Below are positions 39,591-51,609 of a stretch of DNA of 64,000 nt, piece by piece. Each line of letters begins with the position of its first letter. The first letter of the stretch is position 1. Source of the DNA: Octopus sinensis (lineage: Eukaryota); assembly GCF_006345805.1 (NCBI RefSeq), contig NC_043012.1, positions 26,784,001 through 26,848,000 of the forward strand. The letters run 5' to 3'. The translations under genes and the position numbers were made by a program. Under the pieces are notes generated by a model. The model did not search any database, was not told where the DNA came from, and saw only the letters and a program-made list of their open reading frames with translations.

Positions 39591-40839
39591 ATATATATAT
39601 AGATATTATATATATAATCTATCTATATATTATATATATTATATATATACATATATATATATATATACATATATATATAATATATCTTATATATATATAT
39701 ATTATATATAATATCATATATACATATGTTTATATATATATATATACATATATACATATGTTTATATAGTAAATATATATTATATATATATTATGTATAT
39801 ATGTTATATATATATGATATATATATATACACACATATTTCGTGTATATATATATATATATACATGTATAGTCGAATAATGTTTGGGTAAAATCCACAGC
39901 TGTTGGTTACCAAATGTCATCCTACAGAGGCAATATTTTGGTCAGTTGATATACATTTGGAATTCCATAGTATCTTTAGTTTATACAAAGAAATAATGAA
40001 GAGAAAATTGCTTATGACGTCTTTACTTCATATCACTAAAATTGTTTCCACTCATCGTTACACTCGTAGCAAAATGGTGAGATAATATAACTAACATATT
40101 ACATAATAACTACCATCCATCAAAGATTGAAGATATGTGTCTTGAGGAGAGTATTTTGAATAAGTCTTCTATTGATCAGACTGTCATTCCATACAAGGAT
40201 GAATACCAAAACAATAGGTTATTTTCGGCAATTTCCAGACAAAATTAAATCCATAGATAAAATGACAGACAACCCAAACCTATAAACAATATACAAAATG
40301 CAAAAAAAAATTGAAAAAAAAATCCAAAACAAAATCCAAACATGTCCAGTCAACAGCTGAAACTGGAAAAATCATCAAAATCAAAATCAAATATAAACAC
40401 ATATATCTATTTTTATATGCATACATATATACTACTTACATACATTCTTATTATTTTAGCCTATGGGCAACGGAAATCCACTACGACATTGAAGACTAGA
40501 ATTTGTTTATATACGTCTCGGTAGTCTTAAATAACTATGCTTATCTATTCTCATACATCCACATTTAGCTAATAATATATGTAATCTACGAGTTGGTATA
40601 TACATTTTTTTTCCTAAGTGTAATCCGGTATTAATACAGATATTGATACCTGGCAAGAAGCACTTCTACAGCCTTACAGCACTGGGATACATTACAACTG
40701 CATATACATAGTGACAATTAGAAAATTTGACAGTAAAATCTCATCAAAATGTTTAATTAAAAATAAATCAGAAACATATACTGCATGAATAAGCGCATTG
40801 CATCAGTAAGGTTTTAAAAATTAATTGTTTTTACCAAAC

Positions 40840-41285
40840 TGCGAAACAGCATTTTAGCTTGTGGTTGCATCTAGTAACTATTTTGTGTGTATTCACACGT
40901 TTATTTGTACACATTCAATTATATAGTGTATTTTCAGTACAGAGATCTAGAATATGTATCGTGTGGATATGCATTTTTTTATCACCGTCTGAGTTATGCT
41001 ATATTCCTTTCGCTTCCAGATCAGGTTGGTGAGGGGCGTGCAGTGTCTCTTGTTAATGCTTTCAAACGACGCAATATGATTACGATATCGAAGTTTGAAG
41101 TAATCTGCCATCGTACCATTATATACAACCGCACCCGCCTCCGTTCTAACAGCACATTTGTATATCACTTTTTTACGAAGGAATTCACTTCCCAGAAAGC
41201 AAGCGTTCTTTTCTTTACAATTACATTACTTTACCACACTTTTCTACTTGACAGCAAATAGTCTTTCACCTATTTCTAATTTACC
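40840..41285 (-). pseudogene. Penelope-like element GIY-YIG endonuclease remnant
   Basis: Translation IYKCAV...VYNGT..YFKLRYRNHIASF...KRHCTPLTNLIWK, then LC.E and C.H motifs. Truncated by the assembly gap. Confidence 0.75.
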
Positions 41286-41385
41286 NNNNNNNNNNNNNNN
41301 NNNNNNNNNNNNNNNNNNNNNNNNNNNNNNNNNNNNNNNNNNNNNNNNNNNNNNNNNNNNNNNNNNNNNNNNNNNNNNNNNNNNN
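41286..41385. other. Assembly gap (100 N)
   Basis: Run of N. Confidence 1.
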
Positions 41386-42069
41386 CTCACGAATGAACCT
41401 TTTTTGGCCGAATAGTAACTGGTGTGAAGAAATGGGTTCTCTATAAAAAATGACAGGCGCTGAAGTCAGTGGGTATGGAAAAGAGAAACACCTGCACCCC
41501 AGGCTAGAAAAGGTATTCACCTACGTAAGGTGTTGTTATCTGTTTGGTAGGATATGAAAAGCTTTGTCCACTTTGAACTTTTCAGCCCAAACCCAACGAT
41601 AACAAAGGAGATCTACTGCAAGCAGCTTGAGCGGGGTAAGTCAGCGCTAGAAGATAAAGGACCATCTTTGGTTACAAGACGAAAGATGTTCTTCCATCAG
41701 GATAATGCTCGGTCATATACAGCGAGGATGACGTTCCAAAGGCTGGAGCAGTTTGAATGTGAAGCAATGCCCCATCCACCATATTCGTCGGATATTGCCC
41801 CATCTGATTATCATTTATTACGCAGTCTTCAAAATCATTTGCACGGAAAAAATATGAATTCTGTAGACGAGGTCAGAACAGTACTGGAGGAGTATTTTTC
41901 GTTAGGGACAAGTGAATTTTGGAAGAGGGGCCTTGCAAGTTTACCAGATAGATGGAAGAGCTTTATAGAAAATGGAGGAGATTAGATTGAAAAATAAGTT
42001 TGTTTATCTTAATTCTGAAAAATAAAAGAAGTATTAAAAAAATCGCATCATTTATTGGATGACCCAATA
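41386..42069 (+). mobile_element. Mariner (DD34D) transposon, 3' half, decayed, with right TIR
   Basis: RIVTG..KWV, FHQDNARSY and HPPYSSDIAPSDYHL motifs (ORF 41554-41985). The end gcatcatttattggatgacccaa abuts TA. Confidence 0.9.
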
Positions 42070-42298
42070 TATATATAGATTAATCTTTCGTCATACAGCG
42101 GTTTACTTATCGCTTTTTGTTATTTCAGCTGACGTTGATTTCTCCGTGGTGCTGTTTTGCATTTATAATAAAATAAACATATACAAATTATAACAATAAT
42201 AAAAAAATATACTGTACAGTACTGTTTCTACTCCGCGTATTTTCACTTATAAGTTTGGAACGTAACATCCGCGATAGTCTACAGATTACTATATATAT

Positions 42299-42698
42299 AG
42301 AAGGTAGAAAAGTAAAACACGAGTTGATATGAATAAGGAAAATAATACAAGGTAAAAAAACCACTAAAATAATTTTATCATGAACTACATCTTAATATCA
42401 GTTTCAGTCATTTTAGACTTCTTCAACTAAGAGTAAAATAAGAAAATCAATTAAATTGGAGAAAAAAATTAAGTGAAATATTTTGTAGATATTTATCTAT
42501 TCAAATACTATGAAAATATCTACAAAACATTTCACTTAATTTGTTCTTCTCCAATTTAATCGTTTTCTTATTTTACACTTGGTTGAAAAAGTCTAAAATG
42601 ACAGAAACCGGTAAAAAATGTCCTTCATGATAAAATTATTTAAACATTTTACATTGTCTTATCTTCCTTATACATCTCACCTTACTTTTCTTTCTACT
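42299..42698. mobile_element. ~400-bp fold-back palindrome in (TA)n with a hammerhead-like motif in each arm
   Basis: 42367-42493 is the reverse complement of about 42514-42641, with weaker pairing out to the TA flanks. Motif TTGAAGA agtc taaaat gact GAAA c. Confidence 0.7.
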
Positions 42699-42714
42699 TA
42701 TATATATTATATAG

Positions 42715-42745
<31 letters not shown>

Positions 42746-43392
42746 ATATATATATATGTATGTAGGTATGTTATGTGTGTGTGTATGTATATATATATAT
42801 ATAGATATATATTAGATGGAGTATATAAATAGAAATATTCTTCTAAATCTCTTTAAAAGAGACTACGGCAGCAGTACTGGGTGTTAATAGTATGTATGAG
42901 TATATGTAGATACCCATCTGGACATACATTTCGTATCACGTATAATTAATACGTTCTGATTACACACACACACACACACACACACAACACACACACACAC
43001 ATACACACGCACACATACACACGCACACGCACATACACACAAAACGACACACGCACACACATGTACACACTTATGCACACGCTCGTGAAAGCAGTGACAC
43101 ACATAAATATTAAATCTCCGACGCCGGGCATACACTCGAAATGTTTTATGTAGATACACGCTTTATATTTAAAAAAAAAAAAACATTATAGCTAAGCACT
43201 ACACACTACTCTACTTATATTAGGTAAAGATTCAATTATTTAGGTCGCTACACATAATTTATATTATGTCGCTGCATAAATCGATGTGTCTCCGTCAGTT
43301 TCGACAGTGGAAATGCATTTGTTTGATGAACCAAAATACTTATTTTTCATTGATTTATTTTTTACTCGGTTCACCATCCCATAGACGTGTTC

Positions 43393-43615
43393 TTTCAACG
43401 TTTAACATTCAGAGTATTCTGTTAAATGAAATGTTTATTTAATCACATTATTTTGAATTCACCATGTGCTGTACTATACTGTAGTTTCGAGATTTCAATG
43501 ACGCGATCATTTATTTTTTAGAATGACATTCTAGGGTAGTTGTACGAAGTCCCATCTGATATGTTTGATGTTACAATAGTAGGAATATTTAGTCTAATTA
43601 TGGCCAGTTTTTATA
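43393..43615. mobile_element. Degraded inverted copy of the piggyBac-like MITE at 50403-50623
   Basis: Reverse homology (attcagagtattctgttaaatg, atttattttttagaatg). Confidence 0.5.
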
Positions 43616-43998
43616 ATTTCACTGTCGCATGATTTATGACAAGGCTGTATCTTTCAATTACAGGTTTCTGTATAGGTTCCGTATATCCAATTTTACTCAC
43701 GTGATATTGATGGACCCAAGGTTATAGGGATTGATTTTTGCTCATAGTGCTGCATAGATTGATTGAGCCCAGGATCCCGCGGTTGTGAAGTAAAGCAAAA
43801 TTCTTAGCCATTAAACCATACTACTGAGTTTATTACTTAATTACTTAGATATGCAGATACACAGATACGCACATATACGTGTGTGTGTATGTGTGTGCGT
43901 GTTTCTCAATATAGATGGATAGGTTAGCTGTATGTGTATTTGTATGTATGCATGTATGTACCTGTCTGTTTATCTGTCTATTTATCTGTCTGCCTCTC

Positions 43999-44057
<59 letters not shown>

Positions 44058-44233
44058 TTATATAAATACCGATCTTATCAGGTGGCCAGCATGGGAATAA
44101 AAACCTTCAAAAGTAATAATAATTATTAAAATCATAATTTAGGGTATCTAAGTGATAACTTTACACTGGAAATAGCAGCCAAAACTTGACTCTAAAACCA
44201 CATTAAATGTTTATACAGCACCATTTAAATATT

Positions 44234-44266
<33 letters not shown>

Positions 44267-44639
44267 CAGTGTGTGCATCTGTGTACAGTTGAAAAGAGAG
44301 CTACAGACATTTAGTGTTGTAGAGATACATAATAGTTTTGTAGATTTACATAACATGCCATTTATCTCCAAGCAATCTATTGGTTTAACGGTGTGTACTG
44401 AACCGGATAGATTGATGGAGACACATATCATATTAGATAACTACCAAATTATTGTATCTGCGGCATCAAACTATTAATAACTGCTTTTAAAATTGTCTAT
44501 ATTAAATTGTATTTATCTCTCACTGGATAGAATACATCTTTCGTTGATCCTACTTACTAATGGGCAACCATCAGCTATGGACTCACCTCAAAGTTAATAT
44601 GTGTGGTCGATCCAATCGAGGAGATGACGTATAGATTGA

Positions 44640-44900
44640 TATCAGGACAAGTTTTTATTTTCAAAACCACTTTACGTACAAAATTTCTTTAAGAATATGA
44701 CTAAATGTTCGTCGTCAAGAAATACGTGATCCAAAAACAAAACAAATTCCAGTTAGTAAACATCTGGACACAGGCATCAAAAGGAAATCTCTCAAATTGG
44801 GTGTCTCCCCACTCTATCAATGTTTAGACAATGATCCAGACCAAATAAGAATTAATAAGGGAAGATCTTTTATTAAAAAGTACATGCCGCTGCTTGCCGA
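44640..44900 (+). pseudogene. Penelope-like GIY-YIG C-terminal remnant
   Basis: Translation fragments VRRQEIRDPKTKQIPVSKHLD and PLYQC...RINK..FIKKYMP. Confidence 0.55.
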
Positions 44901-45554
44901 ACACGCTATGAAGACATTAGTAACATAGGATTCGCCTTTCCCTTTGAATTAATAGTTGTAGAATGTCTATTTGGGTTCGTTCTTAAAGCAAAATTGTATG
45001 TAGCAGCTATCGTCTATTTCAGTTATTTCACACATCGTTATCTCCCTTGATTAGTGTAGAATGTTTGCATGGGCCCGCTCTTAAGATTTTTGATTGTCTA
45101 CTTGGGTATTTTGGGGGATTCTAACAAAGAGACACTCGACATAGAAACGAAAAGAGTGTTGAGTTTATCCCGCTGAATTTATATTGAATGGCGCTACCGA
45201 TAATTCGTTTTTTTTTTTATACATCAATGCCATTAGCATGTTCTTGACTTAACGTGACAGTCCCATGAAAGGGAAGAATGCTGCTGTTAGTTAGCCCTAG
45301 GAAACACCGTTTCCTATTGGACCTGACACATTTCCTGTGTCCTTTATCGGGCTGCTGCATAAATCGCTCAGAGAGATTTAGAAATATATTATTTCTATTA
45401 ATGCTCTTGTTATATAATACTGCTATCGGCTTAGGTGAAAATATCTAGGACTTCAAGGATATTTACCCAAATTATCATGTTGTTATGCTCGGATAACTGA
45501 AAATAGGGCAGAAATACCTCCAAGATTTAGTTCCTGGTAAACCTCAATTTAATT

Positions 45555-45585
45555 GGCCTGAGGAAACTATACAGAACTAGTCACC
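45555..45585 (+). ncRNA. Degenerate minimal hammerhead-like motif
   Basis: ggc CTGAGGA ... GAA ctag TC acc. Helix II is not formed. Confidence 0.35.
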
Positions 45586-46119
45586 TCCAGATTGGGAAGA
45601 AGTACACGAATGCATGAAAGGACCACCACCCAGACCACATCTTTAAATATGGCCTAATTAAAGATAAGACCTATCGAAGGTATTCTATTTTCTTTTTAAG
45701 CCTTTTGTTAGCACATATCTGTTAAAACACTCAATCTGAAAATAATAAAGTATTTACTGGAAAATATTTTAGTTGATGTAAAATTCTCGCGCAACTACGA
45801 TGCTGACCAATCACTTCGAACGAAAACCTTTTTGAGCCATATTCCTACTCTTTTACTATTTTACTTGCTTCAATCATTTGACTGCAGCCATGCTGGAGTA
45901 CCGCCTTTAGTCGAGCAAATCGACCTCGGGACTTACTCTTTGTAAGCCCAGAACTTATTCTATTTTCCACTTTTGCCGAACCGCTAGGTTACAGGGACAT
46001 AGACACACTATCATCGGTTGTCAAGCAATGCTAGGGAGACAAGCACAGACACACAAACATGCACACGCATATATATACATATATACGACGGGCTTCTTTG
46101 AGTTTCCATCTACCAAATC

Positions 46120-46240
46120 CAGAAGGTTGTGGAAAATAATGGTCTTTATTTTGTAGAATCGCTGTTGATTTTATTAAAAGCTTACATTAAAAAAAATCAT
46201 TATTTTAACACGGCGAACAAACATTTTCCTCAACCTAGTA
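46120..46240 (+). mobile_element. Mariner 3' terminal fragment
   Basis: Matches 55235-55352, including the TIR ...ttttcctcaacctag|ta. Confidence 0.8.
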
Positions 46241-46317
46241 TATATATATATATAGATATAATATATATATATAATATATATATTATATATAGATATATAT
46301 TATATATATATATATTT

Positions 46318-46512
46318 ATTTATAGAAGGAGCTTCTACAGGACTAGAAGTTCATTCAAAGAAATCATCAGGAAGCTCGGAGCTTCCTGATGATTTCTTTG
46401 AATGAACATTTCTAGTGCTGTAGAAGCACTTTCTATAAAATAAATTAATTTACTCTGCTATGTATTGAGTACCTATTTACTGTGGTTAACCCCGACTCAA
46501 CCCGGGACCTAC

Positions 46513-46514
<2 letters not shown>
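46318..46514. mobile_element. (TA)n-embedded element beginning with a ~60-bp-arm hairpin made of two back-to-back hammerhead motifs
   Basis: Arms 46318-46377 and 46379-46440 with a 1-nt loop. Confidence 0.75.
46379..46427 (+). ncRNA. Hammerhead motif (mirror copy on the minus strand at 46329-46377)
   Basis: gcttc CTGATGA tttctttgaat GAA ca...tg TA gaagc. Perfect helix I, weak helix II, GAAA one A short. Confidence 0.55.
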
Positions 46515-46562
<48 letters not shown>

Positions 46563-47455
46563 GTGACGGGCTTCTTTCAGTTTCCAACTATCAAATCCAC
46601 TCACAAGGTTTTGGTCGGCCCGAGGCTATAGTAGAAGACACTAGCCCAAGGTTCCACGCAGTGGGACTGAACCCGGAACCATGTGGTTGGTAAGCAAGCT
46701 ACTTACCACACAGCCACTCATGTGCCTATACAAAACAAAACGCAGGTTAAAAAAAAACTATCACAACGGCCAGAATTGGTATAATTTATGACACAGCTCC
46801 ATACACTATATACTTTTGAAAATCTACTGTGAAGCAGGTCAAATGTATTCCTATATTTTAAAATATAAACTCATGATTAATTCTAATTTATTCTGTGTGC
46901 ATTTTCAACTTCACTTTGTTCTATTATTCCCCCACTTGTTTGAATTAATAACAATTTACATATGCATGTTTGTGTGTGTGTGTGTCTGTGTGTGGGGGTT
47001 GCGCGCGCGTCCCATGTGCGTGTGCATGCGTGTGTGTAAATGTTTTCGATATTATTAAAGCCAAAACAATGAATGTTAAAAAATTATAAATACTTGTATT
47101 TGGTTAGTATTATTAGCCGATAGTTCAACAGTTCAATATTTCAATATTTCAATATGGCTTGAAGAAGGGACCCCTAACCTTGGAATATTCAAATAATAAC
47201 CATCGACCTGTGTTATTAGATTCTAAAAATGAATTGTTTATGATATAAATATATTGGAAACACCCAGACACACGCAGACGCACACACACATACACACGCA
47301 CAAGCACACACACGTATGCATATATATATGCATATATATGTATATATATATATATATGTTTACGTATGTATATATATATATATATGTAATATATAATATA
47401 TATATATATATATATATGTATTATATATATATATATATTATGTATTGTATGTATG

Positions 47456-47490
<35 letters not shown>

Positions 47491-47569
47491 TTATGATATA
47501 TTATATATGTATTATGTATATATATATATATACATATACATATTTATATAAATATATATAATTTTTTAA

Positions 47570-47760
47570 TTGGGCACATCCTGGGGCAATGCCTCCAAGT
47601 GTTTTGTCGTAATAATTGAAACCAGTGCCTATTACTAAGCCTCGTACGTATTCTATCGGTGTCTTGAGCCGAGCCGCTAAGTTATGGGCGACGTAAACAA
47701 CCAAAAACCAGTTGTAAAGCGGTGGAGTGACGGACAACACATACACAAAGACATATACAC
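47570..47760 (-). mobile_element. SINE family B, 3' half, degraded
   Basis: ttctatcggt...ccgctaagttatggg...gtaaac homology. Confidence 0.55.
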
Positions 47761-47813
47761 ATGAATAAATGCACACCCACACCCAAACACTCACACACAT
47801 AGATGTATGTATG

Positions 47814-47844
<31 letters not shown>

Positions 47845-47963
47845 GCATGAGGGGCTTCAGCGTGTATACCAAAGCCATTGATAGGCCTCTGGTCAGCTGA
47901 GAGAGGGAACACAGTATGATGAGACTGGGAAACGAACTGGGACGCAATTGCCTCGCCCATACA

Positions 47964-48017
<54 letters not shown>

Positions 48018-48394
48018 CTATATATATAATATTTATTAAATATCTGCTGCTCACTTAAAATGTGTGTGTGAGTGTGTGTTTATATATATATATATATATT
48101 ATATAATATATATATCTATATATATTATATATATATATATGTATATATTTTATGTATATATATGTAACTTCTCCACACTCTTTTCAGAATATGTAGCCAC
48201 ACACTTTATATATTGATCAATGCAACATAAAATGCTCACACATGTTTACGATCAGCTCTCCTTTAATTATTTGCGTTTATCACTTCGTAATAAATCTTTT
48301 CTCCCTATAATTTTATCTTTGGCAAGGTCGCATATACTTAATGGAAGAAAATAACTAAGATCGTTATGAATTAATATATATTGGCTAAAACAAA

Positions 48395-48450
48395 TCAATA
48401 ATAATAATAACAATAAAAATGATAATCATAATAATCATAATAATAATAAT

Positions 48451-48502
<52 letters not shown>

Positions 48503-48541
48503 GTAATACTAATAATAGTAATAATAATAATAGTAATAATA

Positions 48542-48572
<31 letters not shown>

Positions 48573-48803
48573 TAATGGACAATACTAGTAATGATAATAA
48601 TGATAATAACAACAACTATAATAGTAATAATAATGATGATGATAATAATATAATAATATAATAATAATAATAATAATAATAATAGTAATGATAACGAAGA
48701 GGGTGTAATCTAATAAATATTGTTCACGTCAACGTCAACAATAGTCATAATAATAATAATGATATTATTATTGTAATTATTATTATTATCATTATTATTA
48801 TTA

Positions 48804-48859
<56 letters not shown>

Positions 48860-48935
48860 GTTATTATTATTATTATTACTATTATTATTATTATCATCAT
48901 CATCATCATTATTAATATTAATATCATCATTATCA
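48395..48935. repeat. Opposed (TAA)n and (TTA)n tracts
   Basis: Seen directly in the sequence. Confidence 0.95.
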
Positions 48936-49146
48936 ATGCAGTGATAAATATTTTGCGGCAATTCTTCCGGCTTTATAGTTTCTGAGTAGAAGTACCACCA
49001 TTGTTATGTTGGCCTGTAACTCTTTCATGGTGGATAAAACAGAGTGAAAATCTTGTACTACGGTTGATACAATCGATTTTCCCCACCCCTTCAAAATCGC
49101 TGGTCTTGTGCCTATGTTAGAATGGATCATTATTATTATTATTATT

Positions 49147-49610
49147 CTTTCGTACCACAGTGTAGGTAAAAATGCACCGGAGACTTTTATTATCTGTCAA
49201 GTCACAACAAGGAACTTTGACAGATAATACATTCCTTAAGATGTGCACTATGCCTAATAAGGCTGCTTTTTACAAGTCATCAATCTTGCATGGAATTTCC
49301 AGTTGCCTTAAGGAGTCTTGAAGTTTCAATGGAATCGAGCCCAACGCTCCGATCAACACTAGTATCACTTTTACATTACCCTCTCGTATTCCATACAGTC
49401 TTGTTATTTCTACTTCCAATTCGAAGTACTTGGTGGGTTTTTTCAACCACTTTACTCACAAAATTCATGTCATTTGGTATGGCTACATCAATGATCTGAC
49501 AGTATTTATCTCTTATTTATTCAATATGACAACATCCGGCCGACGATGTTCGATTACACGATCCGTCTGAAAATCGCAGTCTCAGAGCATCGTTACTTTT
49601 CCATCCTCCA
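49147..49610 (-). mobile_element. Decayed R4/Dong-like RLE fragment (divergent family)
   Basis: Minus-strand translation DFQTDRVIEHRRPDVVIL...CQIIDVAIP and KAALLGIVHIL. (TTA)n-type flanks. Confidence 0.75.
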
Positions 49611-49718
49611 TTTATTATCATCATCATCATCATTATTATTATTATTATTATTATTTTATTATTATTGTTGTTGTTGTTGTTGTTGTTGCTGTTATTATTA
49701 TTGTTATTGTTGTTGTTG

Positions 49719-49759
<41 letters not shown>

Positions 49760-49798
49760 ATTATTATTATTATTATTATTATTATATCATTATTATTA

Positions 49799-49828
<30 letters not shown>

Positions 49829-49829
<1 letters not shown>

Positions 49830-50090
49830 GAGTGAGAGAGTAGTGCATGCCATCTAAATGACATTGGGGTACAAATATACGAAGCCCAATATACTACCTG
49901 TCTGATAAGGGTTACACTAAGCGCATGCATCGCAACAATATGTGCGTGACCTGGTTGTCTTATATCAAAATAAAAAGCGCGTGACCTTGCAGGTGGGGCC
50001 CAGTTAGAATTTTCTTCAGGTCGAGTAGCCCATCTAGCTCAAAAGGTCCCTGGATAAGGGTTGTTTAATGACGATATACGAAACATCCAT
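49829..50090 (-). mobile_element. (TAA)n-associated non-coding element, truncated
   Basis: Starts (tta)n|tgagtgagagag. Homology to 37987 onward. Confidence 0.75.
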
Positions 50091-50159
50091 CACACAATTT
50101 ATCGTCTTAAAGAAAGAATGGCGATATCAGACAACGTTTTACTAAATATTCTACACCTG

Positions 50160-50395
50160 TGTTTGTGTGTCTGTGTTGTGTTTGTGTGTCTGTGTTTGTC
50201 CCCCTCGCATTGCTTGACAACCGATGCTGGTGTGTTTATGTCCCCGTTACTTAGCGGTTCGGCAAAAGAGACCGATAGAATAAGTACTGGGCGTACAAAA
50301 GAATAAGTCCCGGGGTCGAGTTGCTCGATTAAAGGCGGTGCTCCAGCATGGCCGCAGTCAAATGACTGAAACAATTAAAAGAGTAAAAGAGTAAA
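50160..50395 (+). mobile_element. SINE family B, 3' half
   Basis: Ends ...gcagtcaaatgactgaaac...aaaagagtaaaagag. Confidence 0.85.
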
Positions 50396-50402
50396 GGATT
50401 AA

Positions 50403-50623
50403 CCCTTTAGTGTTTAAACTGGCCAAATCCGGCCCAATATATTCTACATGTTTTATATTCAAACTGGCGATATCTAGCTTCTCACACCTAACCTACAATT
50501 CCATTCTAAAAATAAACAATCACATCATTGAAACATCAAAGCTGTAAGATAATCCAGGATTAATGCAAAACAATTCGAGTGAAAAAGTATTACATTTAAC
50601 AGAGTAATCTGAACACTAAAGGG
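50403..50623. mobile_element. piggyBac-type MITE
   Basis: TTAA on both sides (50399-50402, 50624-50627). TIRs ccctttagtgtt / aacactaaaggg. Confidence 0.85.
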
Positions 50624-51375
50624 TTAAATAGGGGTGGCCAAAACTGGAACACCTCTCTTCAGGGATCTACTCGACAACAGGTTGATATTTTACGTTCTCA
50701 TTAAAATACGAGATATCAGAAAACGTAGTCTTAGATATAGTACTTCTGAAGAAAATAGAAAAATTGGAATGGTTATGGCTGGAAGGTATTTTAATTACAC
50801 ATCTGCTCGACTAGAGGTTGATACTTAACTAAACAGCTACAACAAATATAACTGTTGTACAGAGTTTACATACAAGTTAAGTATTTGATAAGCTACATTA
50901 GTGATAATGACGTTTAAGAAACCGCGAAACAGCTTAGATATTTATAGTAACTAACATCGATATTACCTGAACCAAATTAAACAGTATTGCCGTAAGAAAA
51001 CCTGACATCAACAACAATACATTTAAAATATGTCGAAAACTATTGAGAAATATTTAAATGTTTTCCAGTGAACTTATTGTAAAAATAAATGAGCGAATGT
51101 GGAACACAGTAAAATAAACAATAACACCGGAAGAGGAAGCGAAGCGTTGAAATGAACATATGAATGTATTGTTTAAGACATAATATAACATGATAATAAC
51201 AAGAGCAATACGGGGAAATGTTTAATAAAAGAAGAATGCTGAAATATAGTACGTTCGTGTATTCAATTAATATATACCATGAAGATCAAACGAAAGCTGT
51301 TTCTTATATTCAAATATGTACCATGAATGCGACTATGTATTATTTATGTATGTATGCTTTATTTATATATATACG

Positions 51376-51430
<55 letters not shown>

Positions 51431-51550
51431 GTAAACATGCATATATATGCATATATTATAAAAAAGAAGAATATCATAAAGAAGAAGAAATTCATATTCA
51501 TATATAGGTAGTGTGTTGTGTATATACACATATGTGTATGTAACATATAG

Positions 51551-51607
<57 letters not shown>

Positions 51608-51609
51608 TA

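Larger units (their letters stand above)
45845..46728 (-). mobile_element. SINE family B segments (45845-46120 and 46564-46728) with intervening mariner end and fold-back insert
   Basis: Homology to 13617-14027. Confidence 0.75.

Noticed and set aside
41158-41520. ORFs spanning the N run, and apparent Penelope-mariner fusion
   Set aside because: The adjacency is created by the assembly gap.
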